DNA from: Mytilus trossulus | Lineage: Eukaryota | NCBI RefSeq assembly: GCF_036588685.1 | Contig: NC_086381.1 | Span: forward strand, 18,352,001-18,416,000 | Length of the DNA stretch: 64,000 nt | Direction of reading: 5' to 3' | In this document: piece by piece, positions 12,577-25,126 of the stretch | Layout of the letters: each line of letters starts with the position of its first letter | Position numbering within the stretch: the first letter of the stretch is position 1 | Notes under the pieces: model-generated | What the model saw: the letters and a program-made list of their open reading frames with translations, nothing else | Databases searched by the model: none | What the model was told of the DNA's origin: nothing | Made by a program: the position numbers and the translations under genes

Positions 12577-12829
12577 TTGCATCTTTTATATTTGAGTTAA
12601 TTTGCATCTTTAATATTCCAGTTAATTTGCATCTTTTATATCACAGTTAATTTGCATCTTTAATATTCCAGTTAATTTGCATCTTTAATATTCCAGTTAA
12701 TTTGCATCTTTTATATCCCAGTTAATTTGCATCTTTAATATTCCAGTTAATTTGCATCTTTTATATCCCAGTTAATTTGCATCTTTAATATTCCAGTTAA
12801 TTTGCATCTTTTATATCCCAGTTAATTTG
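12577..12829. repeat. 25-bp minisatellite, ~10 units, each with ATTTGCAT
   Basis: gttaatttgcatctttaatattcca / gttaatttgcatcttttatatccca units. Confidence 0.92.
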
Positions 12830-13799
12830 AAGTTAAGGTTTCCATACCGAAATTAGACATATACGGATCTTCATCGTAATATTAACACAGGTGGACGACT
12901 GTCATCAACCAAAAACACTCGCAAAAAGGTTACTGGGGTAAAAACTCATGATCACGATTGGTCTCCAAACAGCCTTCAAAACCCTCGTCATTTTGGTTGT
13001 GTTTGATGAATAAACTCATCAACCATGTCCGTCAGCATAGGGATGTTGAATGTAATGCCTTCTGACAAAAGTGTCCTATGCTTTATGCTATGCTTTATGT
13101 TTGGTAAATTTTTGGAACAACTCTCTGATTGTGCGTAGGTGACTAGTTGCATATCTGAATATGATCAACCTTTATATCAAGTTTCAGTCCAAATTTTCCG
13201 CCAATATCTCATTCGACATTCCTTGCTGAATTTGCAAATTGCATTCATAGCCAATTTGTACTCGTCCTGAAAGGCATGCACTCTTATCCACTGTACGTAA
13301 AGCAAACTTCACTCAGACGTAATAAATCATGAAAAATGTGACGATTAAGCTAATAAATTGTCAAGGAATTGTATATTCAAATATACAATTCCTTGCTATT
13401 GTCAACTTCCCATATCTATAAGCAGAAGCTTGCCAACTGTTCCATTACATGCAGTAGGTAAACACACTTCTCCATCAAGTATATACGAGGAACAACGAAT
13501 CAAATTGACACTGATATCACAAAGCTAGTTGCAATATTTCGGTGAAGAAGATTGTTTCTTGATTCGGCTTGACTTTTTGTTCTGATTTGTGGTATCAGCT
13601 ATTTAACTCCAGGTTGTACTATAATATGGATTTTCGAAAAATAAATTGTGGATCCTTTCTGAAGATTCATAAATTATCGAAATGTGCATCTTGTCCAGTA
13701 AAACTGTGGCCTTTAAATGTTATAACTTTGATTAGCTCGGCAACTCTGCAATAGGACTTTTGGTCCTCGATGGTATCACTATCCCAGTAGCTAATACTT

Positions 13800-14530
13800 A
13801 CATGCAGATATGACTCTCAATAATGACGACTTCAGTATGTATACTAAAGAAATTTATCCTGTTGAACTTACTATAAATAAAGCTAATACTAACAATGACC
13901 ACTGCCATTTCCTCGATCTTGATATGTATATCACTAACGGAAAGCTGAATACTAAAATTTATGATAAAAGAGATGATTTTAAATTTCGTATCGTTAATTA
14001 TCCATTTTTAGATGGTGACGTTCCCTTGTCACCATCTTAAGGTGTTTATATATCTCGTACGATTCGCTCGTGAATGTAACAATGTTTTAGATTTTAACGA
14101 GAGAAATTTATGTATTACTGAAATATTATTACACCAGGGTTTTCGAAATCACAAACTAGTCAAAACATTTACTAAATTTTATCATCGGTATAAGGACATC
14201 ATTCGTAAATATAGCTCAACATACAGACTTCTTATACGTTTAGGTATTTCACATCCATTTTTTTTGGAAATATTCTTAATAAAGCACAAAAATGTCAGTA
14301 TTCACCGCAGAAACTAACAGAACCTTTAAATAGACTTATTAAGAAGGGATATAGTTACGATACTGTTGTCAGGTCATTAAAGATTGCATAATTTGGCGTT
14401 ATTATTGATTCACTTATACGGTCTTTGCATCGGAACTAAACACATGTATTAAAAAACAGTTGTTGGCATGACACGGGTTATGTTTTTCTCATATATGTAA
14501 TGATGGTTTGATACTAAACCCCTAACGGGA
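13800..14530 (+). mobile_element. Penelope-like retroelement 3' fragment (RT C-terminal/thumb region, pseudogenised)
   Basis: IYPVELTINK..FLDLDMYITNGKLNTKIYDKRDDFKFRIVNYPFLDGDVPLSPS*GVYI..LVRFAREC..KTFTKFYHRY, with a stop and frameshifts; no GIY-YIG follows the RT. Confidence 0.8.
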
Positions 14531-14683
14531 CTTTGCTTAATTTCGCGCTGGTGAGTAATTTCTTTAAGGATTTTGACTGTCTTTTACTCTTAATAATTTT
14601 CTGTGTAGCAAAGGCTCTTTTCATTCTTTTATCGTTCATCAAAGTTAGTACATTTTGATATACTAGTATATGTTAGACTCAGA

Positions 14684-15243
14684 TCGACGTCCGGCCTCTA
14701 ATCGACGTCCGTTTCTAAAATCGACGTACGTTTCAAAAATCGATGTCCAAATCTGACGTCACATTCTCAAATCAACGTCCAATGTTTTGATACTCGAATC
14801 GACGTGCAATATTTTGATACTCTAATCGACGTCCAATATTTTGATACTTTAATCGACGTGCAATATTTTGATACTTTAATCGACGTGCAATATTTTGATA
14901 CTTCAATCGACGTGCAATATTTTGATACTTTAATCGACGTCCAATATTTTGATACTTTAATCGATGTCCAATATTTTGATACTTTAATCGACGTCCAATA
15001 TTTTGATACTCTAATCGACGTGCAATATTTTGATACTCTAATCGACGTCCAATATTTTGATACTTTAATCGACGTCCAATATTTTGATACTCTAATCGAC
15101 GTGCAATATTTTGATACTCTAATCGACGTGCAATATTTTGATACTCTAATCGACGTCCAATATTTTGATACTTTAATCGACGTCCAATAATTTGATTCTC
15201 TAATCTACGTCCAATATCTTGATACTCTAATCTACGTCCAATG
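14684..15243. repeat. 27-bp minisatellite (~17 units) preceded by shorter degenerate units
   Basis: aatcgacgt[c/g]caatattttgatact[c/t]t; the unit length is divisible by 3, which explains the repetitive ORFs on both strands. Confidence 0.95.
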
Positions 15244-15495
15244 TGACGGCATAACTTGCCAAAACTACGCCCGATAGATTGTTGTCGTCTTAAATCAATG
15301 TCCAATATCAATAAATAATAAATTATTGGTCACAGATAAGACTTTTAGTTTATTCGTTTGAATTGTTTTATACTGTCATTTCGGGGTCTTTTATAGCTGA
15401 CTATGCGGTATGGGCTTTGCGCATTGTTGAAGGCCATATGGTGACCTATAGTTGTGGATAGTTGTATATATATATATAAAGTCTCTGAATGATTG

Positions 15496-15600
15496 TATAA
15501 TAAAAACTATAACACAAATTCCCATACGTTTCGACTATTACGGCCTTAGCCGAAACGTATGGGAATTTGTCGTCATTTGTGTTATAGCTTTTATTATATA
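15496..15600. repeat. ~105-bp imperfect palindrome between TA tracts
   Basis: tataataaaaactataacacaaat / atttgtgttatagcttttattata, and inner acaaattcccatacgtttcg / cgaaacgtatgggaatttgt. Confidence 0.75.
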
Positions 15601-17000
15601 TATATTAAAAAACCTCCCACATTGTAGACTAGCACAACCTTAATTGGGACACCATGCATTCAGTATTACTACCGTACCAAAAAATATTAACTTAAATCAT
15701 TGATACAAGTCATTGTACATGTAATTATGATCGTCATACAACCGATAATAATGAAAACAACGTTAAAAGTCCTTAAAAGTTACGACCGAAGCGCTTTTCT
15801 TGATCGACCTTCTTATGGAACGCGCAAAGCTGAATATTTAGGGCCAACAACTTACAAAGAACAGATTAAAATGTTAGAGATGATCGTTCATAATGTACAT
15901 GAAATGATATATTCTTTAGCAGACATGATTGCAGAAAGTAAGAAGTCGTAGAGCAAAACAGAAAAAATGAAATCAAAAGAGATAATACACCGTGTATTGA
16001 GCCTTTTTATTGCTTAGAGTTCAGTAGAAAATATTTATACATCCTCAACCTAACCATACTATTTGACCTACTGCGAATTGTTCGGTTTTTACTGTTACTC
16101 CTTTTTCTCCTAAAATATAGGTGCTAGAAAAACCAGCAAGTAAAATGGCCAATATCAGAGCCATACGTCTGGTTTTGAAATGAATCTATTTATTTTGTCA
16201 TCCAATTTTTCACCGCTTACAACTTTCTGTCTGTGGTTTTATTTCATACTTAAACTTTTAAGTATCAGTATGTTTTCAATTCATATTGTTTCGTTTCGTT
16301 CCGCATCAATTTCGTTTCGCTTTTTACAGGTACCCCTCTTTTTGCCCCTTTTCTATTATTGATATTTTAATCAAAAATTTAAAAAATCAAACTTTCAAAA
16401 AGTGAAATAATCAAAATTGCACGTCAGGTTTAGGACTTTAAAAGTTTGATCACATTCCTAAACTTTAAAAATTTAAATTTGAAAACAATATTTAGAATTT
16501 TAATATTTAATAATTTGGTTAAAATTTCAAAATTTCAAAACTTTTAAACAATTTGAAATTTATATTTTAAAACTTTGATCAAAATTCCAAAAAATCTAAA
16601 ATTTCAAAACTTTTTAAAACTTTGAATTGATAAGTGTTACACGGACCCATTGTATGTTGTAAAGATTTTGTTTTATTCAATCACGTTTATAACCCACTTT
16701 CACTCAGTGACTTTGCATTGCATAACAGTTTGTTTGTTTATTAAATTTATTAGTTATTTCTCGGAAAATTGTCCGAGATCATTTCTATTTTAAAGTACAT
16801 TATATTAAGACAATCGACTTCAGTTGATTTTCAAGAAATATACCGTCAAGACAAGAAAAACCTTAAAATATGCATTATCTATAACATAAACGAGATATAT
16901 TTGTATCAACCGGATTAAATAACGACTTCATACTGGATGCACTCTAGATGTTAGGAAGATCCTTTTCGATTACATCATCGACATGACCGTGCACATAAAG

Positions 17001-17010
17001 TATATAAATA
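17001..17010 (+). promoter_or_regulatory. TATA box of the intronless orphan gene
   Basis: TATATAAATA, with an Inr-like ttatcaca ~30 nt downstream and the ATG at 17093. Confidence 0.6.
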
Positions 17011-17092
17011 TGGACATTTTGATAAATGTGTTATCACAAAGGACGAGGTTTCAAAGTACTTTCTGTATCTTCGTTCAAAATCAAGTACAGTT

Positions 17093-17539
17093 ATGGTTTA
17101 CGATATAAGGTATGAAGCATCATCGGACATAGCCAATGCCAAGAAAAAAGAATTGGACGAAGCTCGGGAAATAATTGAAGAGCAAGCACCAACTCATATA
17201 CTAGTAGATAAAAACAGTAAACCGAAAACATTAGTGAAAAAAGATCTTGTACGACTGGATCTTCAAGGACTATTTAACAGACCTGATGGAAAAAGATATG
17301 CCAATCTGCAAATCCAGCTTAATAAGCTAAGAAACAGTGAACTTGAAGAACAGTTGGACGAGTCTCAGGAAACTGACGATGATCGAGCGGGAGCGATGGC
17401 AGAGCTTGGTAAACCCAAAAGTACAACGATAGCTATTGTCCTTATGCCAGCTGGACAAAATATTCCGGAAAATATCTCAAGACAAGCTTTTGTAGGAAGT
17501 CTTAATAATCTGGGAAAGGCAATTATTGAAGAACGTTAG
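17093..17539 (+). CDS. Intronless 148-aa protein of unknown function (no recognised domain)
   Basis: Non-repetitive ORF with a real ATG and protein-like composition; TATA box upstream, AATAAA at 17833-17838. Confidence 0.7.
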   Translation: MVYDIRYEASSDIANAKKKELDEAREIIEEQAPTHILVDKNSKPKTLVKKDLVRLDLQGLFNRPDGKRYANLQIQLNKLRNSELEEQLDESQETDDDRAGAMAELGKPKSTTIAIVLMPAGQNIPENISRQAFVGSLNNLGKAIIEER

Positions 17540-18483
17540 AGCTCCAAAACGTTTTCTGGCTCGCATTGCTTAGAATAGACTTTTAAAATGGATTTTTCTA
17601 CATTTCATTTAATACAAACTTTCAAACAGATATGGATTTCTATTTAATACCAAAGATGTTTATGCATTTTTTTTAACGGAATACTTATATTACCGGCTTT
17701 TAGCTAGAAGAAATGTTCGGAAAAAACAAAAACTCAGAACTCACATTTAATTTCAAAATAGGAGAATGATGTGTTATGGAATTTTGAAAACAGTTATGCC
17801 TTTTTTGATTCATGTTGTCAATATGTATTTCTAATAAAAGAATGCAATCAGAAATTTGTTTATGAATTAACAAGAAGTAATGGAGGATAGAAGGTGTGCA
17901 TTATTCGACGGTAAGATCATAAAGAAATCAGTATGATATAAGCAGCACGACGGATGTCATTTGTGGAGCAGAATTTGCTTACCCTCCCGGTTTTCTGTTG
18001 GCTTCGTGTTGCATAGTCTTTAGTTTGTTATGTTTTGTATCATTTTGTTATTTTTTCGTTTTTTGCCAAGGTTTTGTCTTCAACTTATGATTTTGAATAT
18101 CCGTTTGGTACTATCCTCTTCTTTTTAACTTTTCGAATTCGAACATACAAATGATAATTCTATAAAATAACAGCCCAAGATGTTTCGAAGGCCTTTCGTG
18201 AGATAATCGGATATGCGTGGTAATTTGCAACACAACATTCCATAACATTAACAAAACTTCTAACGATACTTTATCGAATAGTGTACTCCTATTTCTCCAG
18301 AGGATGGTATGAATTAGAATTGAAAGTCAATTTTCAAAATAATTACTTTACTAAACATTTTGATCAGTGAATAATTCAGCTTATCATTTAGATTAATTCC
18401 GGTGGAAGATTTTTGTTCCCACGTCAGCTATCGAAAAAGACAGAACTTTATAGGTTGTTAGGAAGCTGTTTTAATTCTTTTGA

Positions 18484-18980
18484 AGGTACCAGTATTATGA
18501 TTTAGCATGCCAGAGGCACGTTTCGTCTACATAAGACTCACCAGTGACGCTCATATCAAAATATTTATAAAGCCAAACAAGTACAAAGTTGAAGAGCATT
18601 GAGGATCCAAAATTCCAAAAAGTTGTGCCAAATACTGCTAAGGTAATTTATGCCTGGGACAAGAAAATCCTTAGTATTTTCGAAAAATTCAAAGTTTTGT
18701 AAACAGGAAATTTATAAAAAGACCACATTATTGATATTCATGTCAACACCGTAGTTTTGACAACTGGGCTGGTGAAACCCTCGGGGATGAAACATCCACC
18801 AGCAGTGGCATCGACCCAGTGGTGTAAATAGTTTTCAAAGGTACCTGGATTACAATTTAGTACGCCAGACGCGAGTTTCGTCGACATAAGACTCATCAGT
18901 GAAGCTCATATCAAAATATTTATAAAACCAAAAAGTACAAAGTTGAAGAACATTGAGGATAAAGGTGTGCTAAATACTGT
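18484..18980 (-). mobile_element. Non-LTR retrozyme, family A, ~1.4 monomers (355-nt period)
   Basis: Two hammerhead motifs 355 nt apart: 18507-18550 (mutated) and 18862-18905 (core intact). Confidence 0.85.
18862..18905 (-). ncRNA. Type I minimal hammerhead ribozyme (core intact, stem I mismatch)
   Basis: gcttca CUGAUGA guc..gac GAAA cucgcg UC uggcgu. Confidence 0.7.
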
Positions 18981-19879
18981 TTCAAAAGTGTTTGGGTGCA
19001 TCAGTTTGTTTATTTGTCTTTGCACTGTTAACTTTCAGATAAATTCAATCTTGATATCGTTTGTCCGTAAATGCAACAACTTAAAATGACATATGAAACT
19101 AAAAATTAAAACTGGTCTCAAAAGTAGAGGGACTTGTCTCACGAGTATTTATCAAATGTTTGAGTTTGCCTGGTATTACCGATAAATTCATTGAAACAAT
19201 TTCAAGAGAAATCAGTCACATACCCCTTTCAACGAGGGATAGTCATACCTTCCTCGTTTTTCTTTTTAGTTGTTCATCCTCCTATTTGTTTAAGAAAATC
19301 GTCAAGCATTGTGACTCAAATATATTTGAAATTGGACCGATGATCGAAAAGGCGCTTCTTGTACAATTGGCTATTTTTAAATAGTTGTTAATTAAATATA
19401 AAAATCCACATACTTTCGTCCACGAAAAAACTGTAAAGAATCTGAATAGAGGAACTAAAACGAAACTGGTGTTATAAATGCGTTAAAGACAAATCTAAAT
19501 ACTAATAACTTTTTTTCTCCAACATTTGGTTCTTTTGTTTTTAAATAGTATTAAGTATTTAAATAGTGTTGATTATTTAATTAGCATATATTATACTTGA
19601 AATTACCATAGTAGTTTCTGTTTTATTGCGCGATATAAATGAACACCTAAAATTAAAATAAAAGTGCAAGATTTAAAATTCATAAGGATAAGGATAATAT
19701 ATTCTCGGAAACACTTGTATCACTTTTCAATGGCTATAGCCAATCATGTGAAGAATAAATATCGCAATAATACATCCTGCATGTCATAAACATGAGTCAA
19801 CGTAATAGAAGTAAAATATCACGAATGATATGTAAAATAAGCTTATTGAAATAACCACATGTATGTGAAACAAATGAAA

Positions 19880-20103
19880 TAGTTATCAAAAGTACCAGAA
19901 TTATCATTTTATGCGCCAGACGCACGTTTCGTCGACATAAGACTCATCAGTGACGCTCAGATCAAAATAGTTAAAAAGCCAAACAAATACAAAGTTGAAG
20001 AGCATTGAGGACCCAAAAGTCCAAAAAGTTGTGCCAAATACGGCTCAGGTAATCTACTCCTGGGGTTAGAACATCCTTAGTTTTTCGAAAAATTCAAAGT
20101 TTT
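19880..20103 (-). mobile_element. Retrozyme family A fragment
   Basis: Homologous to 18484-18980; contains hammerhead 19913-19956. Confidence 0.85.
19913..19956 (-). ncRNA. Type I minimal hammerhead ribozyme (core intact)
   Basis: gcguca CUGAUGA guc uuauguc gac GAAA c gugc g UC uggcgc. Confidence 0.8.
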
Positions 20104-21143
20104 AATAAAACCCATTGTATATAATATCCTGTTAATCAAAATCAGAGTATACGTGATAACTTGGTAACCAATTTTTTTGTAACATTCGGAACGCTAGCTT
20201 TCATATACTCCTACGAGATAGAAAATATATTAACACACGTTACTAATGCTTTAAAGCAACAAATAATTGAAGTTTGAAGAGTTAAAGATTTGAATAATTT
20301 CGTGAGCATAGTAAACTTAAAACAAAGTTTACACCAAGGCTATATACTTGAAATTTGAATTTAGTTTGATATTGAAAAAAAATAAAATTACCGATCTCAT
20401 TTTTTTCGTTCATATTTGAAAAATGAAGTATTTGCATTTAAGGTTTAGGCAAATAACTGACATTAATATTAATGAAAAAAACCAAAATATTCAACCTAAA
20501 GAGATTTTTAAATTCAGTGTTCTAACATTAAAGAGGACACACAATATGTATATCGTTGAAATTTAAGAGAAACCAATTTTGTTTTGAAACGTTTGTAACT
20601 GATAATACGTAATTAATGTATATGCAAAGACAGTTGCATGAAGGAGTTGAAGAGTTGAAAACATTATCAGATTGTTTTTGTGTTTTCATAGATTTAATTT
20701 AAGAGTTTAACAAAATTGTTGTTTATTACTTGAATATCTTTATTCCTCTCGTGTATACAAATTAACTACGACTCAAATCTGTTATCAAATGTACTGTTAA
20801 AAGGTCTATCTAATCATCGCAAATGGTTTCGGAGTGTTTTATTTTTTTTAAATGTGCCAGAATGTATTTTTATTTTGGTGCGCATTCGATGTTGTTTTTA
20901 TGATATGATTAGAGTATTCCATCTATTGGTCAGGTTTGTATTATGCTGAGACTTACATGCAGTAAATGGATTCAATACTTAAATGGAATGTACACATCTA
21001 TCTTCACAAGTATATTTATAACAGTATTCTTAACCATATAATCATATACTTGAAAAATCTGATAGAAAATCTGCTAACCCTTCCAGAGCACCTGAGATCA
21101 TCCCGTATTTTTTTTTATGGGGCTCAACCTTTAGTGTTGAGTG

Positions 21144-21144
<1 letters not shown>

Positions 21145-21174
<30 letters not shown>
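21145..21174. repeat. (GT)n microsatellite inside a Penelope-associated 3' repeat (21060-21272)
   Basis: About 14 GT units; flanks share cttcc[a/g]gagcacctga with 63070-63350 and resemble 17940-18122. Confidence 0.85.
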
Positions 21175-21176
<2 letters not shown>

Positions 21177-21541
21177 CTATTGTTTACCTGTTGTTTTTTC
21201 TTTTGTAACAATTGCGTTGTCAGTTTAATGCCGACTTATAAGTTTGAATATTCCTCTGGTATCTTTCACCTTTTTTGTAAATTATATTACAGACCCTGTT
21301 AAGGCATTTCGAATACAGTATCTGTTTTCTAAGAGTGTATTGAAATTGAAAATCACTTGACTTCTGAAAACACCTAAAACTTGTTACTGCAGGAAATTTG
21401 GGAACCTGTTTTCTTTAATTCTTGACCATTCTACTTTTCTGGGTCCATTGTCTAAAAAAATCATGACGTAGTTGTAAAAGATCTCAGTATATGGTTATCT
21501 ATTGGTCTTAACTTAAGCACAAACAAATTCACTGTCGTATT

Positions 21542-22610
21542 CCTCATTTGGTACAGACATTTTCTTATGTAAAAAAGGTGGATTAAACCTGGTTTGATAG
21601 CAAGCTAAACCTCTCACTTGTATGAGTGTCCCATAAAATTCCTTCATATTGACAACGAAGTGTAAACAAAACAAACAGACATAATAAGTATAAAAGTCAA
21701 AAATAGGGACCCAGCAGTCAAGATTGTGTTATTATCGTAATCACTTTCAAAATAAACATTTGCCATGTCACAAATACACAATAAAGGGATGTATAAGTAC
21801 AGATTTATGTCATATGTATTAAAAAAAAACAAGACATATAGACAAAGCATATCAGCGAAATTGAAAGATAAGAATACAGAAATTATCATTAAGTATGAAT
21901 TACCTCATTTAGTACAGACATTTTCCTATGTAAAAAATGTGGATTAAACCTGGTTTTATAGCAAGCTAAACCTCTCACTTGTATGAGTGTCCCATAAAAT
22001 TCCTTCATATTGACAACGATGTGTAAAAAAACCAAACAGACATAATAAGTATAAAAGTCAAAAATAGGGACCCAGCAGTCAAGATTGTGTTATTATCGTA
22101 ATCACTTTCATAATAAACATTTGCCATGTCACAAATACACAATAAAGGGATGTATAAGTACAGATTTATGTCATATGTATTAAAAAAAACCAAGACATAT
22201 AGACAAAGCATATCAGCGAAAATGAAAGATAAGAATACAGAAATTATCATTAAGTATGAATTACCTCATTTAGTACAGACATTTTCCTATGTAAAAAAGG
22301 TGGATTAAACCTGGTTTTATAGCAAGCTAAACCTCTCACTTGTATGAGTGTCCCATAAAATTCCTTCATATTGACAACGAAGTGTAAAAAAACCAAACAG
22401 ACATAATAAGTATAAAAGTCAAAAATAGGGACCCAGCAGTCAAGATTGTGTTATTATCGTAATCACTTTCATAATAAACATTTGCCATGTCACAAAAACA
22501 CAATAAAGGGATGTATAAGTACAGATTTATGTCACATGTATTAAAAAAACAACAAGACATATAGACAAAGCATATCAGCGAAAATGAAAGATAAGAATAC
22601 AGAAATTATC
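21542..22610. repeat. Tandem triplication of a 361-bp unit of a dispersed repeat
   Basis: Units start at 21542, 21903 and 22264 and are nearly identical; the unit start is related to dispersed copies at 30195-30480 and 61000-61470. Confidence 0.93.
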
Positions 22611-22794
22611 ACAGAACAATGACGGGATGTATAAGTACAGAGCCACGTGATTGTAACAAAGAACATTTAAAGTCATATAGACAAAACATATTATCAAAGA
22701 TAAAAGATATGAATACAAAAATTATCAAAGACCAATGACATAATGATGGGAAGTACAGCGTCAAATAGATACCACCACCAACAGAATAAATAGG

Positions 22795-23201
22795 AAAGCG
22801 ATTTTAGTCTGCATAAGACTCATTAGTGACGCTTAGATCAAAATTGTTAAAAAGCCAAACAGGTATAAAGTTAAAGAGCATTGACGACCGAACATTCCAA
22901 AAGGTTGTTCCAAATATGGCTATGGTAACATCTGACTGGGGTAAGAAAATCCTTAGTATTTCGATTAATTCATAATTTTGCAGACAGTCAACTTATGAAA
23001 ATGACCATATAAGAGTTATTTATGTCAACACCGAAGTGCTGACTACTGGGCTGGTGATACCCACGTGGACGAATATTCAACCCAGTGTTGTAAATAATTA
23101 AGAAAGATACCATGCTTATAGTTTGATACGCAGGATACACATTTCGTCTGCACAAGACTCATCAGTGACTCTCAGATCAAAATTGTAAAAAGCCAAACAA
23201 G
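22795..23201 (-). mobile_element. Degenerate retrozyme family A dimer, truncated by an LTR element
   Basis: Decayed hammerheads at ~22797-22832 and 23128-23171; the sequence switches to LTR at 23202. Confidence 0.75.
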
Positions 23202-23609
23202 TGTAATGTTTATTGGTTATTAAGGTAACAAACAAAAAAAATCTTGTTGTATATATGCATATTTCATGTAGAAGGAATCGCTGTGTAGATTTAGAAGTTT
23301 GGCGGGAGAGTCCGTGGTTGGGTCCATTGGTATGGGGGTGTTTGAGAGGTACCCATGTGTTCGGTATCGGGAACATTTAGAGAACACCCCTATTTATTTT
23401 AAAAATAGTGAATTCGCCCTAAAGTATATAAGTGGGGGAGGAATACAATTCGGGTTATGCCGACCGTGCAAGGGCTGTATAGCCAGTCAAGGTCGTTATA
23501 AACTTCCATTTGTTGTATTCGGGTTATGTCGATGTTCTTACAGAAGAAACTGGCTTATAATAGTGAGTACGCTACATAGCTGTAAGTTTGAAAGGAGGAC
23601 AACTTGTAC

Positions 23610-24275
23610 TTGTCCAAGAACATCAAAGGGATTTGGATAAGTATATTCCCTTTGTTATGATGGCGTATAGGGATTCCGAACATGACACAACTGGACAGAT
23701 TCCAAACAGTCTTATGTTTGGTAGGGAAAGAACAACCCCGTTAGATATCTTGTATGAAATGCCGCCGTCTATTAAAGGAATACCACAACATACATGGGCT
23801 TTGGAACTAAAAGAAATTTTAGATGATACACATTATTTTATTGGGTAAAGAATGCATGGAGAAACGAGGAGATAAAAGAGGTATCATGATTTCAAATTAT
23901 CATATGAAAGTTCAAGTACATGTCTACTTCCCTGTAAGGAAAACGGGAACATTCCCCAAACTGACTTGTTTTTGGACAGGGTTTTTCATAATTTTAGAGA
24001 AAAGTGGTGACCTAACATATAAGGTTGACTGTAGTATCCGAGGGACCTCACAGATCATTCATGTGGATAGGATAAAACTCAAGCACAAGCAGGTGTTGAG
24101 AGGGGAAATGTATGAAGACATTGATAATCCCCAAGTAACAGAACCACGTGAAGCTGATATACTAAAATTATTTGTTAATGTCATAGATCAGGATGACAAA
24201 ATAGGTATAGAAGAAGAAAGTGACCGCCGTGAAAGGAAAAGACAAGCCTGGATGGCTGATTATATACTTGATTAA
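23610..24275 (+). pseudogene. Gypsy integrase C-terminal remnant
   Basis: ORFs 23588-23848 and 23823-24275, joined by frameshift. Confidence 0.85.
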
Positions 24276-24329
24276 GTTTTAGTTTAATGTTGTATATATA
24301 TTTAATGTTTGTTGTTTTTATATTTGCAG

Positions 24330-25126
24330 AATCAAGCTGGCTAATACAAAAATTACAATTAGAAATAAAGAACACGGGAAATTTGGATTTTGTCCATCGT
24401 CATTTGAATGTAAAGAGGAAAGGGATAAACATCTGACTTCCTGTGCAAATGAAAGATTGTTTTTGTACTGAAAGTGGCTGTTTTTATCATACAGACAAGT
24501 CGAAGAACTTGCTTAGACACATGAAATCCAAACATCAGAAAGACGATGATAGCGAACGTGATAAAGAAGAAAATACTAGCAAGAGATAAGACCTGCTCAA
24601 TGATTCATCAGAGTCCGAGTATAAGAATGATTGGAAAAGTCAGGATCCAGGAGACACACTTGGACAAAACAGTGATGAAAGTGAACAAAGAGAAAAGAAG
24701 GATACAGGATTAAAAGATTCTGAAAAAAAGAAAGATGACGACATGTTGACAAGTATTAAACTAGTTGAACATTCTGTTGTTTGTAACAAAGAATTATGAC
24801 GGATAATAAGACAAAAGACAACGCCCCGACTTCCAGGGGTGAGAAATACTATCCTGAAAGGCTTGGATCAGAGATTATTGCAGTTGGCAGTAGGAATACC
24901 GAAGCAAAAGGATTATCAATTGACAGCATACAAAAACAAACTGACAAAGGGGGAAGTAAAGTTAATGATAAGGAAAGTATTGCCCTCTGTGCAACATGTA
25001 AGAAAAGAAAAGCAAGCTTAGTTTCGTGTGGAGTCAATGTTGTTTACCAAAACTCTAACAACTGAAACAACTCATCGGGATGGTCCAAAGAAGATCCGTA
25101 TAGTGAAAGTTAAAGAAGCCTACTAA
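24330..25126 (+). pseudogene. Extra 3' ORF of the Gypsy element: zinc fingers plus acidic/basic tail (decayed)
   Basis: Follows acceptor ttttatatttgcag (24329). Reads GFCPSSFECKEERDKHLTSC, then (frameshift) CTESGCFYHTDKSKNLLRHMKSKH, acidic DDDSERDKEE..DWKSQDPGD, RIIRQKTTPRLPG; has internal stops. Confidence 0.6.

Noticed and set aside
14772-15311. 179-aa and 128-aa repetitive ORFs on opposite strands
   Set aside because: By-products of a 27-bp minisatellite; no real start or splice context.
15700-15951. 83-aa ORF
   Set aside because: Non-ATG start, no recognisable motif, and it lies among repeat debris.
18763-18820. Conserved retrozyme module as an HDV-like, twister or antisense hammerhead ribozyme
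   Set aside because: CCUCG and GAAAC submotifs are present, but the required stem topology and catalytic residues could not be assembled.
21644-22560. Triplicated 60-81-aa ORFs
   Set aside because: Chance ORFs copied with the 361-bp tandem unit.
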